This document shows positions 28,262 to 37,369 of a stretch of 64,000 bases of DNA, one piece after another; the first letter of the stretch is position 1; the number at the start of each line of letters is the position of its first letter. The stretch comes from an uncultured delta proteobacterium (lineage in GTDB: Bacteria; Desulfobacterota; Deferrisomatia; Deferrisomatales; JACRMM01). The position numbers were made by a program, and so were the translations under genes. The notes beneath the pieces were generated by a model. It did no database searches, was not told where the DNA came from, and saw nothing but the letters and a program-made list of their open reading frames with translations. The DNA lies in NCBI GenBank assembly GCA_963707045.1, contig CAVPOV010000015.1, forward strand, positions 16,619 through 80,618. Direction: 5' to 3'.

Positions 28262-28945
28262 CTACCGCAGGAGCCGGCGCACCTCCTCGGTCCGCGCGAG
28301 TTCCATGGCCGTCGCCCCGTCGGTTGCCCTGGCTCCCCTCTCGGCCCCCCTGTCGAGGAGCACGCGGACCACCTCGGGGTGCCCGGCCTGGCCGGCCCGC
28401 ATCAGGGCGGTCCGGCCCCGGTCGTCCGCCGCGTTCACGTCTCCGTGCTCCACGAGCAGTGCCACCAACTCGACGTTCCCCGCGGCGCTGGCCCGCATGA
28501 GCAGCGTGCGCCCTCCGAAATCCCTCGTGTCGGCGTCGGCCCCCCGCTCCAGGACCCACGCCACCGCCGCCCGCACCCGGATCCGCTGTTCGGGGTGCGA
28601 ACTCTCGAAGACCGGCGACGCGCTCCACAGAACGGAGGAGAGGTCCGCCCCCCGCTCCCAGAGCTTTCCAGCCAGGGAGAAGTGACCATTCAGGAGGGCG
28701 GCGGCCAGCGCGTCCTCCAGGCCCTCGCCAGCGCGCTCATCGAGCAGAGCCAACGCCCGGGCCCCGTCGCCGCGGGACGCCGCCAGGAACAGAGGGTCGG
28801 GCGCGAGGTCGACCCCGGGGCATCCGACCGCCGTCGCCCCGGAGACTTCCTTGGCCCACGCCTCGCCGTTGTCCTCTCCCGGCGCCCCGATCGCCACGCC
28901 GAAGACCAGCGCCGCCCCGAGAAGACCCGCACCGTATCCGCGCAT
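28262..28945 (-). CDS. Exported ankyrin-repeat protein
   Basis: Signal-like N-terminus; GRTLLMRAS, GRTALMRAG...VRVLLDRGA and GATAMELA. Confidence 0.85.
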   Translation of the reverse strand: MRGYGAGLLGAALVFGVAIGAPGEDNGEAWAKEVSGATAVGCPGVDLAPDPLFLAASRGDGARALALLDERAGEGLEDALAAALLNGHFSLAGKLWERGADLSSVLWSASPVFESSHPEQRIRVRAAVAWVLERGADADTRDFGGRTLLMRASAAGNVELVALLVEHGDVNAADDRGRTALMRAGQAGHPEVVRVLLDRGAERGARATDGATAMELARTEEVRRLLR

Positions 28946-29036
28946 ACCGCACCTCCGTGGGCTGGCCCCGCCGCCTGCGGCCGGCGGGGTTGGCTGGAAG
29001 ACCGCCCGTCCGTGGGCAGACCTTATGCCCCTTCAT

Positions 29037-29052
29037 AGCAACCGGCGTGCCC
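29037..29052 (-). promoter_or_regulatory. sigma54 (-24/-12) promoter upstream of the ankyrin gene
   Basis: GGGCACGCCGGTTGCT versus consensus TGGCACG-N4-TTGCW. Confidence 0.65.
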
Positions 29053-29219
29053 GATTCGCCGGCGGACGCGGCAGACCCGGAAACGCGCTTGGTTACCGGC
29101 TCACAATGGAACGCTCGGGCGGCCGACTCCGCTGGAGTGGGTAGCCGACGCCACCGTGTGTGTCATTCCCTTCCCTCTGGGCAATGCACTACCCACTCGA
29201 GGGAGGGCCGGTCCTACGG

Positions 29220-29792
29220 TCACGGCAACGTCCCGCTGTCCCGCCTCTGTCGCCCGAGCTCCAGCCCGACGTTGCGTCGCAGCTCCCGTTGGTGGGCCCG
29301 GATGTGGAGTTCGTCGAGGCGAAGCGCACGCCCCAGGTCGAGGGGGCCTGCCACGGGGTGGCGACAGACCGCGCGCCGCAGTTCGGCCGGCGCGGTCTCC
29401 CCCAGGTGTGCCTCGACCCGGGCCAGGCGGTCGGCCCATTCCGCCACGAGGCTCTCGGGGAGAACATCGCCCGTCGGCTCCATGTCCCTGGAAACAACCG
29501 GGACGCGCACGTTCAGCCGCAGGACGGCGATCACGACCCCGTAGAAGAGTCGATCCTTGAGCGTGCGGCGGGGCCCGGTCCTACCCGGAGGGTCGAAGAG
29601 CCCCGCCAGGACCGACCGCTCCGCCCGGACCACGTGCTCCAGAACCTGCACCGTGGACCACATCCCCGGACCGGGACGCCGGAAGAGAGACTCCCCGTCT
29701 CCCCCGGCAAGCGCTCCGAGGAATGCGTCCCGTGCCCGGTGGACGGAGGCGAGTCGCCTCCGCACCCGCTCCAGGGGATCGGACTCAGCCAT
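29220..29792 (-). CDS. DinB family protein
   Basis: WSTVQVLEHV...HPVAGPL...HIRAHQ. Confidence 0.85.
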   Translation of the reverse strand: MAESDPLERVRRRLASVHRARDAFLGALAGGDGESLFRRPGPGMWSTVQVLEHVVRAERSVLAGLFDPPGRTGPRRTLKDRLFYGVVIAVLRLNVRVPVVSRDMEPTGDVLPESLVAEWADRLARVEAHLGETAPAELRRAVCRHPVAGPLDLGRALRLDELHIRAHQRELRRNVGLELGRQRRDSGTLP

Positions 29793-31128
29793 CGCTCAAC
29801 TTCCGGAACCTGCCGGACTCCCCCATCCGGTCCAGCGCGAATTTGAAGGCCACCGGCCCGACGAGCTCGTTCAGCGTGATGCACGCCACAAGGAAGGCGG
29901 CCGCGGCACCGCCCCAATCCGGGAAGCGGCGCGCCAGTTCCTGGGCGAGACCCAGGCTCACCCCCGCCTGGGTATAGAAGGCCAAGCCGGCGAAACGCCG
30001 GAAGGCGACGCCCTCCCCCGCGAGGCTACCCCCGAGGTACCCGGCCGCGCTCGCGGCCCCCATGCGCGCCCCGGCGAACACCAGCGCGGCCGCCCACGCC
30101 GCCGCCAGGGCGCCCAGGTCCAACACGACGCCCGCGACCGCGAAGAAGACGACGAAGATGGGGAGGGAGATGGCGTGCAGGGCCCGATTCAGCCGATCGC
30201 CCTCGCCGGTGAAGTTCTGCACGGTGAAGCCGGCCGCGATCGCGATCAGCAGCGGTTCCAGGTGGAAGCTCACGCCCAGGTTCGCGTCCAGGGTGTGCGC
30301 CAGCCAACGGGAGGCCTCCGCCAGGAAGAACGCCAACACGACCAGCAGGATGGACAGGTCTCTCTTCTCGAGGCGGCGGATGTAGAACCCCACGCCTTTG
30401 CCCACCAGGGCCCCGAGGAGCACCGACGCCGCCACCTGGCCGGCCACCGTGGCGACGAACCCCAGATCCACCGACCCGGTCGCCCCCGACACCGCCTCTC
30501 CGAACGCGACGGCCACGGCGAACAGGAGGATCACCAGGGAGTCCATGGCCACGGTCACACCGAAGACCGTGTCGGTGAAGGGGCCGGCAGCTCGGCAGTC
30601 GTTGATGACCGCGATCGCCGAGGTCGGGGACCGCGCGAGCGCGATGACGGCGATCAATGCGCCGACCACCAGCGTCTCGGTCGCCCCGAGCTCGCGGGCG
30701 AAGGGCAGCCACGGCCGGGCCAGGACGAAGGCCCCCCCGATCGCCAGGGGCACGACGGCGAGCAGGCACGCTCCCACGCTCAGGATGCTGCGCTTACGCC
30801 TCACCAGGGCGGCCAGACGCAGCTCGGCCCCGGCCGTGAGGGCGATGAAGGTCAGCGCGAGGTCGTCGATGAATCGCATCCGCAGCGCCAGTTCGGCGTC
30901 CACCAGGCCCAGCACCCACGGGCCGCACAGCGCCCCGGCCACCAGGTAACCGCTGATCCGGGGAAGCCGCACCCGCGCGAAGAGCGCACCGACCAGTTGG
31001 GCTTCCATGAGGAGGAACCCGAAGGTCAGCGACAGGCGGGCCGGCTCCGCCAGGTCCCACCCCTGCGGGAGACGACCGAGCAGGACCATGACCGCGGGCA
31101 GCAGGAGCGCGAAGAGCGGCGTCAGCAC
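29785..31128 (-). CDS. Cation:proton antiporter
   Basis: LPRISGYLVAG...GP, ARSPT, FFAVAG, QAGVSLG and NELVGP. Confidence 0.88.
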   Translation of the reverse strand: MLTPLFALLLPAVMVLLGRLPQGWDLAEPARLSLTFGFLLMEAQLVGALFARVRLPRISGYLVAGALCGPWVLGLVDAELALRMRFIDDLALTFIALTAGAELRLAALVRRKRSILSVGACLLAVVPLAIGGAFVLARPWLPFARELGATETLVVGALIAVIALARSPTSAIAVINDCRAAGPFTDTVFGVTVAMDSLVILLFAVAVAFGEAVSGATGSVDLGFVATVAGQVAASVLLGALVGKGVGFYIRRLEKRDLSILLVVLAFFLAEASRWLAHTLDANLGVSFHLEPLLIAIAAGFTVQNFTGEGDRLNRALHAISLPIFVVFFAVAGVVLDLGALAAAWAAALVFAGARMGAASAAGYLGGSLAGEGVAFRRFAGLAFYTQAGVSLGLAQELARRFPDWGGAAAAFLVACITLNELVGPVAFKFALDRMGESGRFRKLSDG

Positions 31129-31131
31129 GGG

Positions 31132-32322
31132 TCACGCCCTCCGGGCCTGCCGGGTGAAGTACGCCGACGCGAGCAGGCCGTTGAGCAGGATGGCCACGAA
31201 CACGACGGAGACGGCGAGGTGGGTGGCCGGATCGGAACGCAGGACGAGCAGGCTGACCATGAGGGCCACGGCCATCTCGCTCTGGGCCACGAGTCCGAAC
31301 CCGTAGCCTCCGAAGCGCCGGTCCGGCCCGAGGACGACGGGCAAGGAAATCCGGCCGCCCGCCCACTTGCCGGCGAGCCGGACGGCCACGTAGAGGAGCG
31401 CCAGCCCGACGGACGCCGCCGGCGGGGCTTCCCACAGAGCTCCGGCCAGCACCGCCATCAGGACGTAGAGGGGCTTCTCCACGGTGAGCAGCCGCCGGTG
31501 GTAGCCGGCGCCCCGCCGGCTCAGATTGGCGAAGAGCACCCCGCCGATCAGGTTGGTCAATACCGGGGAAAGCCGCAGGTGTTCCGCCAGGCCGCCGCTG
31601 AACAGCACCGCCCCGACGAGGAAGAGCAGGACCTCCCTCTCGCTCAGCCGAAGGGAGGCCACGGCGAGGAGGAGCCCTCCGGAGAGCACCCCGACGGCGA
31701 CGGACGCGAGGACCCACAGCAGCCAGACCCCCCCGCCACCGGCCGGAGCCGCCGCCCCCCGTAGCCAGCAGACCGCCACCCCGAACAGGACGACTCCCAC
31801 CAGATCCTCCAAGACGGAGCAGAAGCGCAGGAAGGGGAACACCTTGGATCGAGAAGGCCGGAAGTGCCGTTCGAGCACGAAGAGGAAGGAGGTCGACGTC
31901 CCGGCCGCGGCGGCTGCCATGGCGAGCGCCAGGGGCCCAGTGGGTGCCCCGAAGGGAGCCAGGCGAGACAGCGCGAACCAGAGGACCGGCAGGAGGACGG
32001 CGACGCCGGCCAGGGCCTGGGCGGCCGCCGCGGCGAAGTGGTTGCCGGGGACGTCGCGCAGGGTCCTCCTCTCGAACTGCATGCCGAACACGAATCCCAC
32101 GTAGCCGAGACCGAGCCCCAGGAACGGATCGAGCAGGGCGATCGTCTCCGCGTCGATGACCCCGGTGGCACGGGGGCCCAGGACGGCCCCGAGGATCAGG
32201 AACTCGGCACCGGCCAGGTGCAGGAAGAACGCCCTGCCCCCTCCCCGCGCCCTGCCCAGCACCGGCCGCGACGCGAACAGGCCGATGAGCAGGAGCAGCG
32301 CGAAGCCGAGGAGCGCTCTCAC
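31132..32322 (-). CDS. Cation:proton antiporter (divergent paralog)
   Basis: EFLILGAVLGP, FVFGMQFE, VLEDLVG, VRLAGK and AQSEMAVAL; about 12 TM segments. Confidence 0.75.
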   Translation of the reverse strand: MRALLGFALLLLIGLFASRPVLGRARGGGRAFFLHLAGAEFLILGAVLGPRATGVIDAETIALLDPFLGLGLGYVGFVFGMQFERRTLRDVPGNHFAAAAAQALAGVAVLLPVLWFALSRLAPFGAPTGPLALAMAAAAAGTSTSFLFVLERHFRPSRSKVFPFLRFCSVLEDLVGVVLFGVAVCWLRGAAAPAGGGGVWLLWVLASVAVGVLSGGLLLAVASLRLSEREVLLFLVGAVLFSGGLAEHLRLSPVLTNLIGGVLFANLSRRGAGYHRRLLTVEKPLYVLMAVLAGALWEAPPAASVGLALLYVAVRLAGKWAGGRISLPVVLGPDRRFGGYGFGLVAQSEMAVALMVSLLVLRSDPATHLAVSVVFVAILLNGLLASAYFTRQARRA

Positions 32323-32358
32323 CGGGGTGCTCTCTCCGCCGGCAGGGCGCCGGCCGGT

Positions 32359-32748
32359 TCAGCCGGCATCGAGGACGTGCCGGTCGAGGACGAACGCGGC
32401 GAGGGTCCCCTCCAGGACCGGCCTTCCGTCCACGGTGACGGCGACGGAGACCACGCGCTTCCGGCCCTTCGTCTCGGCAACGCGGGCCTCGGCCACCATG
32501 CGCTGCCCGACCCGGACCGGCGCCAGGAAGCGGACGTCCGCGCCGCCGAGCACCACGTTGGGGTCGTTGACGGCCACCATCGCGGCGTAGTCGGCGAGGC
32601 CGAAGGTGAAGCCTCCGTGGACGAGTCCCTTCTCGTCCGCCGCCATGTCCGTGCGCGCCGCCAGGGAAACCCGGCTCTCCCCGGGGCCCAGTTCCTCCAC
32701 GACGCCCACGAGGCCCGCGTGGATGCCCAGGTGCGTGTTCTGCTCCAT
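32359..32748 (-). CDS. PaaI-type hotdog-fold thioesterase
   Basis: GLVHGGFTFGLADYAAM and RFLAPVRVG. Confidence 0.88.
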   Translation of the reverse strand: MEQNTHLGIHAGLVGVVEELGPGESRVSLAARTDMAADEKGLVHGGFTFGLADYAAMVAVNDPNVVLGGADVRFLAPVRVGQRMVAEARVAETKGRKRVVSVAVTVDGRPVLEGTLAAFVLDRHVLDAG

Positions 32749-32846
32749 TCCCGTCTCCTTTCCTTTTTGCCTTTTGCCCGCCCCCCCCGCGTTGTATAGT
32801 CCGCGCCCCGAGAGCCCAGGCCACGCAGAACCCGCCCGCGGAGACC

Positions 32847-33986
32847 ATGCCCGACCCCAGCCTGCTCGTGCACCTGGTAGACCGCAGCGCCCTGGAGGGC
32901 CGCTGGGAGCGGGTGCTGAGGCTCCTGGACCGACTCGAGCCGCTCCTGGCCTCCCGAGACCCGGAAGCGCTCCCCTTCGCCCTCTACCAGCGCGGTTGCG
33001 CTTTCCTGGGTCTCGACCGCCACGAAGAGGCCGCATCCACCCTGGAGCGGCTCGTCCACCTCCCGGGCTCCAGCGTGGGCGAGCGGCTCCTGCTCGCCGA
33101 CGCCCTGATACGCTGCGAGCGCTGGGAAGAGGCGATCCGCCATCTGGAGCTCGGACTCGTCGAGGTTCCGGGTCACCCCGGCTGCCTGTGCGCCCTGGGT
33201 TGGACCCTGTACCAGATGGGCGACCGGGAGGAAGGCCGCCGACTGATCGAGCAGGCCGCCAGCGAAAACCCCCAGTACCCCCCCGCGCACCTGGATCTCG
33301 GCTTGATCCACGCCGCCGAAGGCCGCTGGGAGTCCGCGGAGGCCCATCTGAGCCGCGCGGTCTCCACCGCACCCCACGACCCGGAGATCGGCGAACTGCT
33401 CGAAGCGGTTCGGGAGAACCGGGTGCGGGCGGCTTGGGAGAGGCGGAGGGTCCGCAGTTCGCTCCCCCAGGTCCGCGAGCAGCGCCGGACCCTGCTCCCC
33501 GGAGAAGTGCGCCTCCTGCGTCGGTTGCGGCGTTCCCTTCAGGCACTGGGAGCCGGGCATCTGGAGGTCGTCCTGGCCGAGAACCTCTGGGCCGACCTGG
33601 CGGCGGCGCTGCCTTCTCGGCGCCCCCTGGCCCCTTCCTGGGGCGCGGCGGCAACCCTCGCCGCGCTTCGCCTGAACGGCCGAAGCACACCCCGGAGGGA
33701 GGTGGCCCGGGAGTGGGACGTGAGCCTCTCCTCCCTGGACCGCTGCCACCGCCGCCTGCGCTCCCTCCTGAACCTGGCCGCGCCCGACTCCCGCTACTGC
33801 GCGAAGGTCGAACGGCTCTCCCCCGCCCGCACAGTCGCCTCCCGCGCCGGATCACCGCCTTCGGCCGGAAGTCTCATCCCGGTCGACTTCCTCGCTCGGC
33901 GCCGGCTGTCCGATTCCGACGCCTGTCCCTGCGGGAGCGGCGTCACCGCGTCGCACTGCGAGCACTCCCCGCCGCGGCGGACCTGA
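32847..33986 (+). CDS. TPR protein with a C-terminal HTH-like region and SEC-C-like motif
   Basis: Several TPR repeats (ALYQRG, LGWTLYQMG, AHLDLGLI); C-terminal CPCGSG...HC. Confidence 0.8.
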   Translation: MPDPSLLVHLVDRSALEGRWERVLRLLDRLEPLLASRDPEALPFALYQRGCAFLGLDRHEEAASTLERLVHLPGSSVGERLLLADALIRCERWEEAIRHLELGLVEVPGHPGCLCALGWTLYQMGDREEGRRLIEQAASENPQYPPAHLDLGLIHAAEGRWESAEAHLSRAVSTAPHDPEIGELLEAVRENRVRAAWERRRVRSSLPQVREQRRTLLPGEVRLLRRLRRSLQALGAGHLEVVLAENLWADLAAALPSRRPLAPSWGAAATLAALRLNGRSTPRREVAREWDVSLSSLDRCHRRLRSLLNLAAPDSRYCAKVERLSPARTVASRAGSPPSAGSLIPVDFLARRRLSDSDACPCGSGVTASHCEHSPPRRT

Positions 33987-34002
33987 ACGGCCCCAGCCTG
34001 CC

Positions 34003-35082
34003 TCAGGCGCTTCGCAGCAGGCGCGACCCCCCGGCCAGCAAGTCGAGGATCCGCTCCGCGAGTCCCGGGTCGAGGCTCCCCATGCCGCAAGCGGGGGTGA
34101 CGAGGCACTGGCGGCGCAGCAACCCCTCGTCCAACCCCTGGGCTGCGAAGCGGCGGATCCCCTCTTCCACCCGGCCGGCGACCGAGGCCTCCGTCTCGGC
34201 GCGCGCGTCCTGCGACGTCGGGACCGCACCCCAGGCCAGGATCCCTCCCCCGGAGAGGTACGCCTCGGCCTCGCGGGGATAGAGGAGCATCCGGTCCAGG
34301 TACCCGCACGCATCGAAGTTCACGATGTCGGCCCCCGAGCGGAACAGAAGCGCCCAATCGGTGTTGCCGCAGCAGTGGATCCCCACGAGCACGCCCTCGT
34401 CGTGCAGCGCCTCGAGACTTGGCCGCCACAGGCCCAGGACCGTCTCCTCGTCCAGGGTGGAGTACGCGGAGCCGAAGACCTCCATGACCGGCTCGTCCAG
34501 GAAGACGATCACCGGCACTCCGAACCGGCGCAGGCGCCGAGCCTGCCACACGGCCTTGCGCGCCACGAACGCCCCGACCACCTCCCGCAGGGTGTCGTCG
34601 TGGAGCACCTCCCGCCCCCGGGCGTCGCGCAGGGACGAAGCCAGGGTAACCGGGCCGGTCGCGTGCCCCTTCACCGCCGAGAGCGCCGAGGGAGGGGCCC
34701 GCTCCAGGGCCTCCTCGAACGCGTAGAACCCGGCGGCCCGCTCCGGGGAGAGCGAGAAGGACTCCACCGCCCCGGACAGGAGCCTCTCGTAGAATTCCGC
34801 CACCTCCTCCACGGCCTCCCCGCCTCCCCGCGCGGTCGGCTCGGCGCCGGGCGCGCTCTCGTCCAAGGCCGGGAACCCCTCGAGGTACTGGAGGGTCATC
34901 CCCTCCAGCGGCGTTCGGCGGGGCAACTGCGGCCAGAACGGGATCTCCGGCAGGCGGGCCAGCACGGCGCCCACGGCGCCGCGGGGGTCCCGGTGCGGGA
35001 GACTTCCGATCCCGGTGGCCAGACCTCCCGGCACGAACCGGCCGGGAGCGACGGTGTCGGAACTTCCGGAGGGGGCGCGCAC
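34003..35082 (-). CDS. Core (MetE C-terminal/URO-D fold) methionine synthase-like protein
   Basis: ATGIGSLPH, PFWPQLP, KGHATGPVTL, FLDEP; Zn ligands in GIHCC and TPACG. Confidence 0.75.
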   Translation of the reverse strand: MRAPSGSSDTVAPGRFVPGGLATGIGSLPHRDPRGAVGAVLARLPEIPFWPQLPRRTPLEGMTLQYLEGFPALDESAPGAEPTARGGGEAVEEVAEFYERLLSGAVESFSLSPERAAGFYAFEEALERAPPSALSAVKGHATGPVTLASSLRDARGREVLHDDTLREVVGAFVARKAVWQARRLRRFGVPVIVFLDEPVMEVFGSAYSTLDEETVLGLWRPSLEALHDEGVLVGIHCCGNTDWALLFRSGADIVNFDACGYLDRMLLYPREAEAYLSGGGILAWGAVPTSQDARAETEASVAGRVEEGIRRFAAQGLDEGLLRRQCLVTPACGMGSLDPGLAERILDLLAGGSRLLRSA

Positions 35083-35198
35083 GGCGTCGGGACTCCTCTC
35101 TGCCCGCGTTCGCGGTGGGTGGAGGGGAAGAGCAGGGGTCCGGGGAGTGTAGAGGCCGGCGGGCGGCACGGCAAGCGCGGCAGGGCCCGCGCCGCCGG

Positions 35199-35675
35199 TC
35201 ACCGCCTGGGGGGCCTGGCGCAGGAGGTTCGCCGACGCAGGGCGCCTTCCCACCGCCTCCGGTCCTCGTCGCTCTCGAGCGCCAGGGAAGGGATCGCCGT
35301 GGGCCTTCCGTGGTCGTCCAGGGCGACGAAGGTGAGGTACGCCGAGGCCGTGTGCCGCACGACGCCCGATCGCAGGTCCTCCGCCTCGACGCGCACCCCC
35401 ACCTCCATGCTCGTCCGGCCCACGTAGTTCAGGGAGGCCTTGAGGACCACCAGGTTGCCCACGTAGACCGGGGCGTGGAACTCGAGCCGGTCGATGCTCG
35501 CCGTCACCACGTTGCTGCGCGCGTGCCGGATGGCCACGACGCCGGCCGCGTCGTCGATCATCTTCATGATGACCCCGCCGTGCACGTTGCCGGCCGGGTT
35601 CGCGTGGTGCGGCTGCATCATCTCCGCCGCCTCCACGCGGGTGTCGGAGACGCGTCTAACCCGGCCCGGATCCAT
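35199..35675 (-). CDS. Acyl-CoA thioesterase (YciA-like)
   Basis: NPAGNVHGGVIMKMID, VVTASID and GRTSMEVGV. Confidence 0.92.
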   Translation of the reverse strand: MDPGRVRRVSDTRVEAAEMMQPHHANPAGNVHGGVIMKMIDDAAGVVAIRHARSNVVTASIDRLEFHAPVYVGNLVVLKASLNYVGRTSMEVGVRVEAEDLRSGVVRHTASAYLTFVALDDHGRPTAIPSLALESDEDRRRWEGALRRRTSCARPPRR

Positions 35676-37365
35676 CGCTCTCTTCCCTCCCGTCCACCGC
35701 CGGCGACGGCGGCTGCCCGTGCCCGCGCTCCGCGCCCTCCTCCGGCCAGAACCGCTTCTCCAGAGATTCCAGGAGGGGACCGAAGGTCGAAGGGTCGCGG
35801 GCCGACACGGCGATGCCCCCGTGGGAGGCAGCCAGCGCCGACGCCTCTCCCGGCGGCAGCAGGTCGATCTTGTTGAAGACCCGCAGCACGGCCTTCGTGC
35901 CGAGGCCCAGTTCCTCCAACAACTTCTCCACCGCCTCGATCTGCTCCTCGAACGCCTGGTTCGACGCGTCGACCAGGTGCAGGAGCAGGTCGGCGTCCTG
36001 GAGCTCCTCGAGGGTCGCCCGGAAGGCCCCGACGAGCCCGGCGGGCAGGTCCCGCAGGAACCCCACGGTGTCGGTGACGATCGCCTCGCGCTCCCGGGGG
36101 AAGCGCAGGCGCCGGCTCGCCGTGTCGAGCGTGGCGAAGAGCAGGTCCTCGGTGAACACCTCCGAGCGGGTGAGCGCGTTGAGCAGGGTGGACTTGCCGG
36201 CGTTCGTGTAGCCCACGATGCTGACGATGGGGAGTCCGGCGCGCACCCGCCTCGACCGCCTCTGGGAGCGCCCCTTCGCCATCTCCCCCAGACGGCGCTC
36301 CAGGTTCGCCACGCGGTCGCGGATCCGCCGCCGGTCCATCTCCAGCTTGGTCTCGCCGGGACCCCGCCCGCCGACGCCCCCCATGAGACGGCTCATGGCC
36401 GTGCCCTTGCCCACCAGCCGCGGCATCAGGTACTTGAGCTGCGCGAGCTCGACGCGCACCTTGCCGTCCTGCGTGTGGGCCCGCCGGGCGAAGATGTCGA
36501 GGATCAGCTGGGTCCGGTCCACGACCCGCACGTCGGTCACCGACGAGATGCCCCGCACCTGCCCCGGCGAGAGCTCCTGGTCGAAGATGAGGAGGTCCAC
36601 GCCCTTCTGCAGGGCCGAGGCGATGACCTCGCGGATCTTCCCCTCCCCCATCAGGTACTTGGGGTTGAACTGCCGCGGCCTCTGCACCACCACGTCCACG
36701 ACCTCGACGCCGGCCGTGCGCGCCAGCTCCCGGAGTTCCGCGAGCCTGTCCTCGACCTCGTGGCGCGCCGCCTGGCTCACGCTGACGAGGATGGCGCGGT
36801 CTCGACCGCTGCGAACCGCGAGCGCGCGCCCCTGCTTGGAGGCGATCTCGTCCTCCAGCGACTCCACGAAGGACAGGAAGGGGAAGCGGAACGCGTAGAA
36901 ATCCGCGGGAGGGAGGACCCGGTACGCGGTCCCCTCGGGGTTGGGCGGCAACAGGTGGGCGACCTGGACCCTCCCCGGGCGCCCCTCGGGCGTCACGCCG
37001 AGGGCGACCATCGCGTCGAGGCGCAGCAGCGACAGGTCCGCGAGGTCGTCCTCCGACAGGGGCTCCTGGCGGAGGTGCGTGTGCACGCACCGCAGGCCTC
37101 GGAGCTTGCCTCGTCCGAGCCCGTAGCCGGAGAGGTCCGGGATCAGGATCTCCTGGTCGTCCCCGACGATGACGTGGACCACCTGGCCCTTGCGGTCGAG
37201 GATCAGGCCGATCTGGCGGCCCGCGTCCCGGCTCAGCCCGGCCACGTAGGCGGCGAGCTCCGCCGTCACCAGGTCGTCGGGCGGCACCTTCCTGCGGTAG
37301 ATGCGCTCCAGGCTCCGGATCTGGCTGCTCTTGAGCCCCGTGAGGTTCCCGTGTACGTCGGCGAT
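35656..37365 (-). CDS. hflX: GTPase HflX (long form; probable ATC start at 37365)
   Basis: GYTNAGKST, LFATLD, DTVGF, NKID and GPGETKLEMDRR; N-terminal DVHGNLTGLKSSQ. Confidence 0.93.
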   Translation of the reverse strand: MADVHGNLTGLKSSQIRSLERIYRRKVPPDDLVTAELAAYVAGLSRDAGRQIGLILDRKGQVVHVIVGDDQEILIPDLSGYGLGRGKLRGLRCVHTHLRQEPLSEDDLADLSLLRLDAMVALGVTPEGRPGRVQVAHLLPPNPEGTAYRVLPPADFYAFRFPFLSFVESLEDEIASKQGRALAVRSGRDRAILVSVSQAARHEVEDRLAELRELARTAGVEVVDVVVQRPRQFNPKYLMGEGKIREVIASALQKGVDLLIFDQELSPGQVRGISSVTDVRVVDRTQLILDIFARRAHTQDGKVRVELAQLKYLMPRLVGKGTAMSRLMGGVGGRGPGETKLEMDRRRIRDRVANLERRLGEMAKGRSQRRSRRVRAGLPIVSIVGYTNAGKSTLLNALTRSEVFTEDLLFATLDTASRRLRFPREREAIVTDTVGFLRDLPAGLVGAFRATLEELQDADLLLHLVDASNQAFEEQIEAVEKLLEELGLGTKAVLRVFNKIDLLPPGEASALAASHGGIAVSARDPSTFGPLLESLEKRFWPEEGAERGHGQPPSPAVDGREESDGSGPG

Positions 37366-37369
37366 GGCG

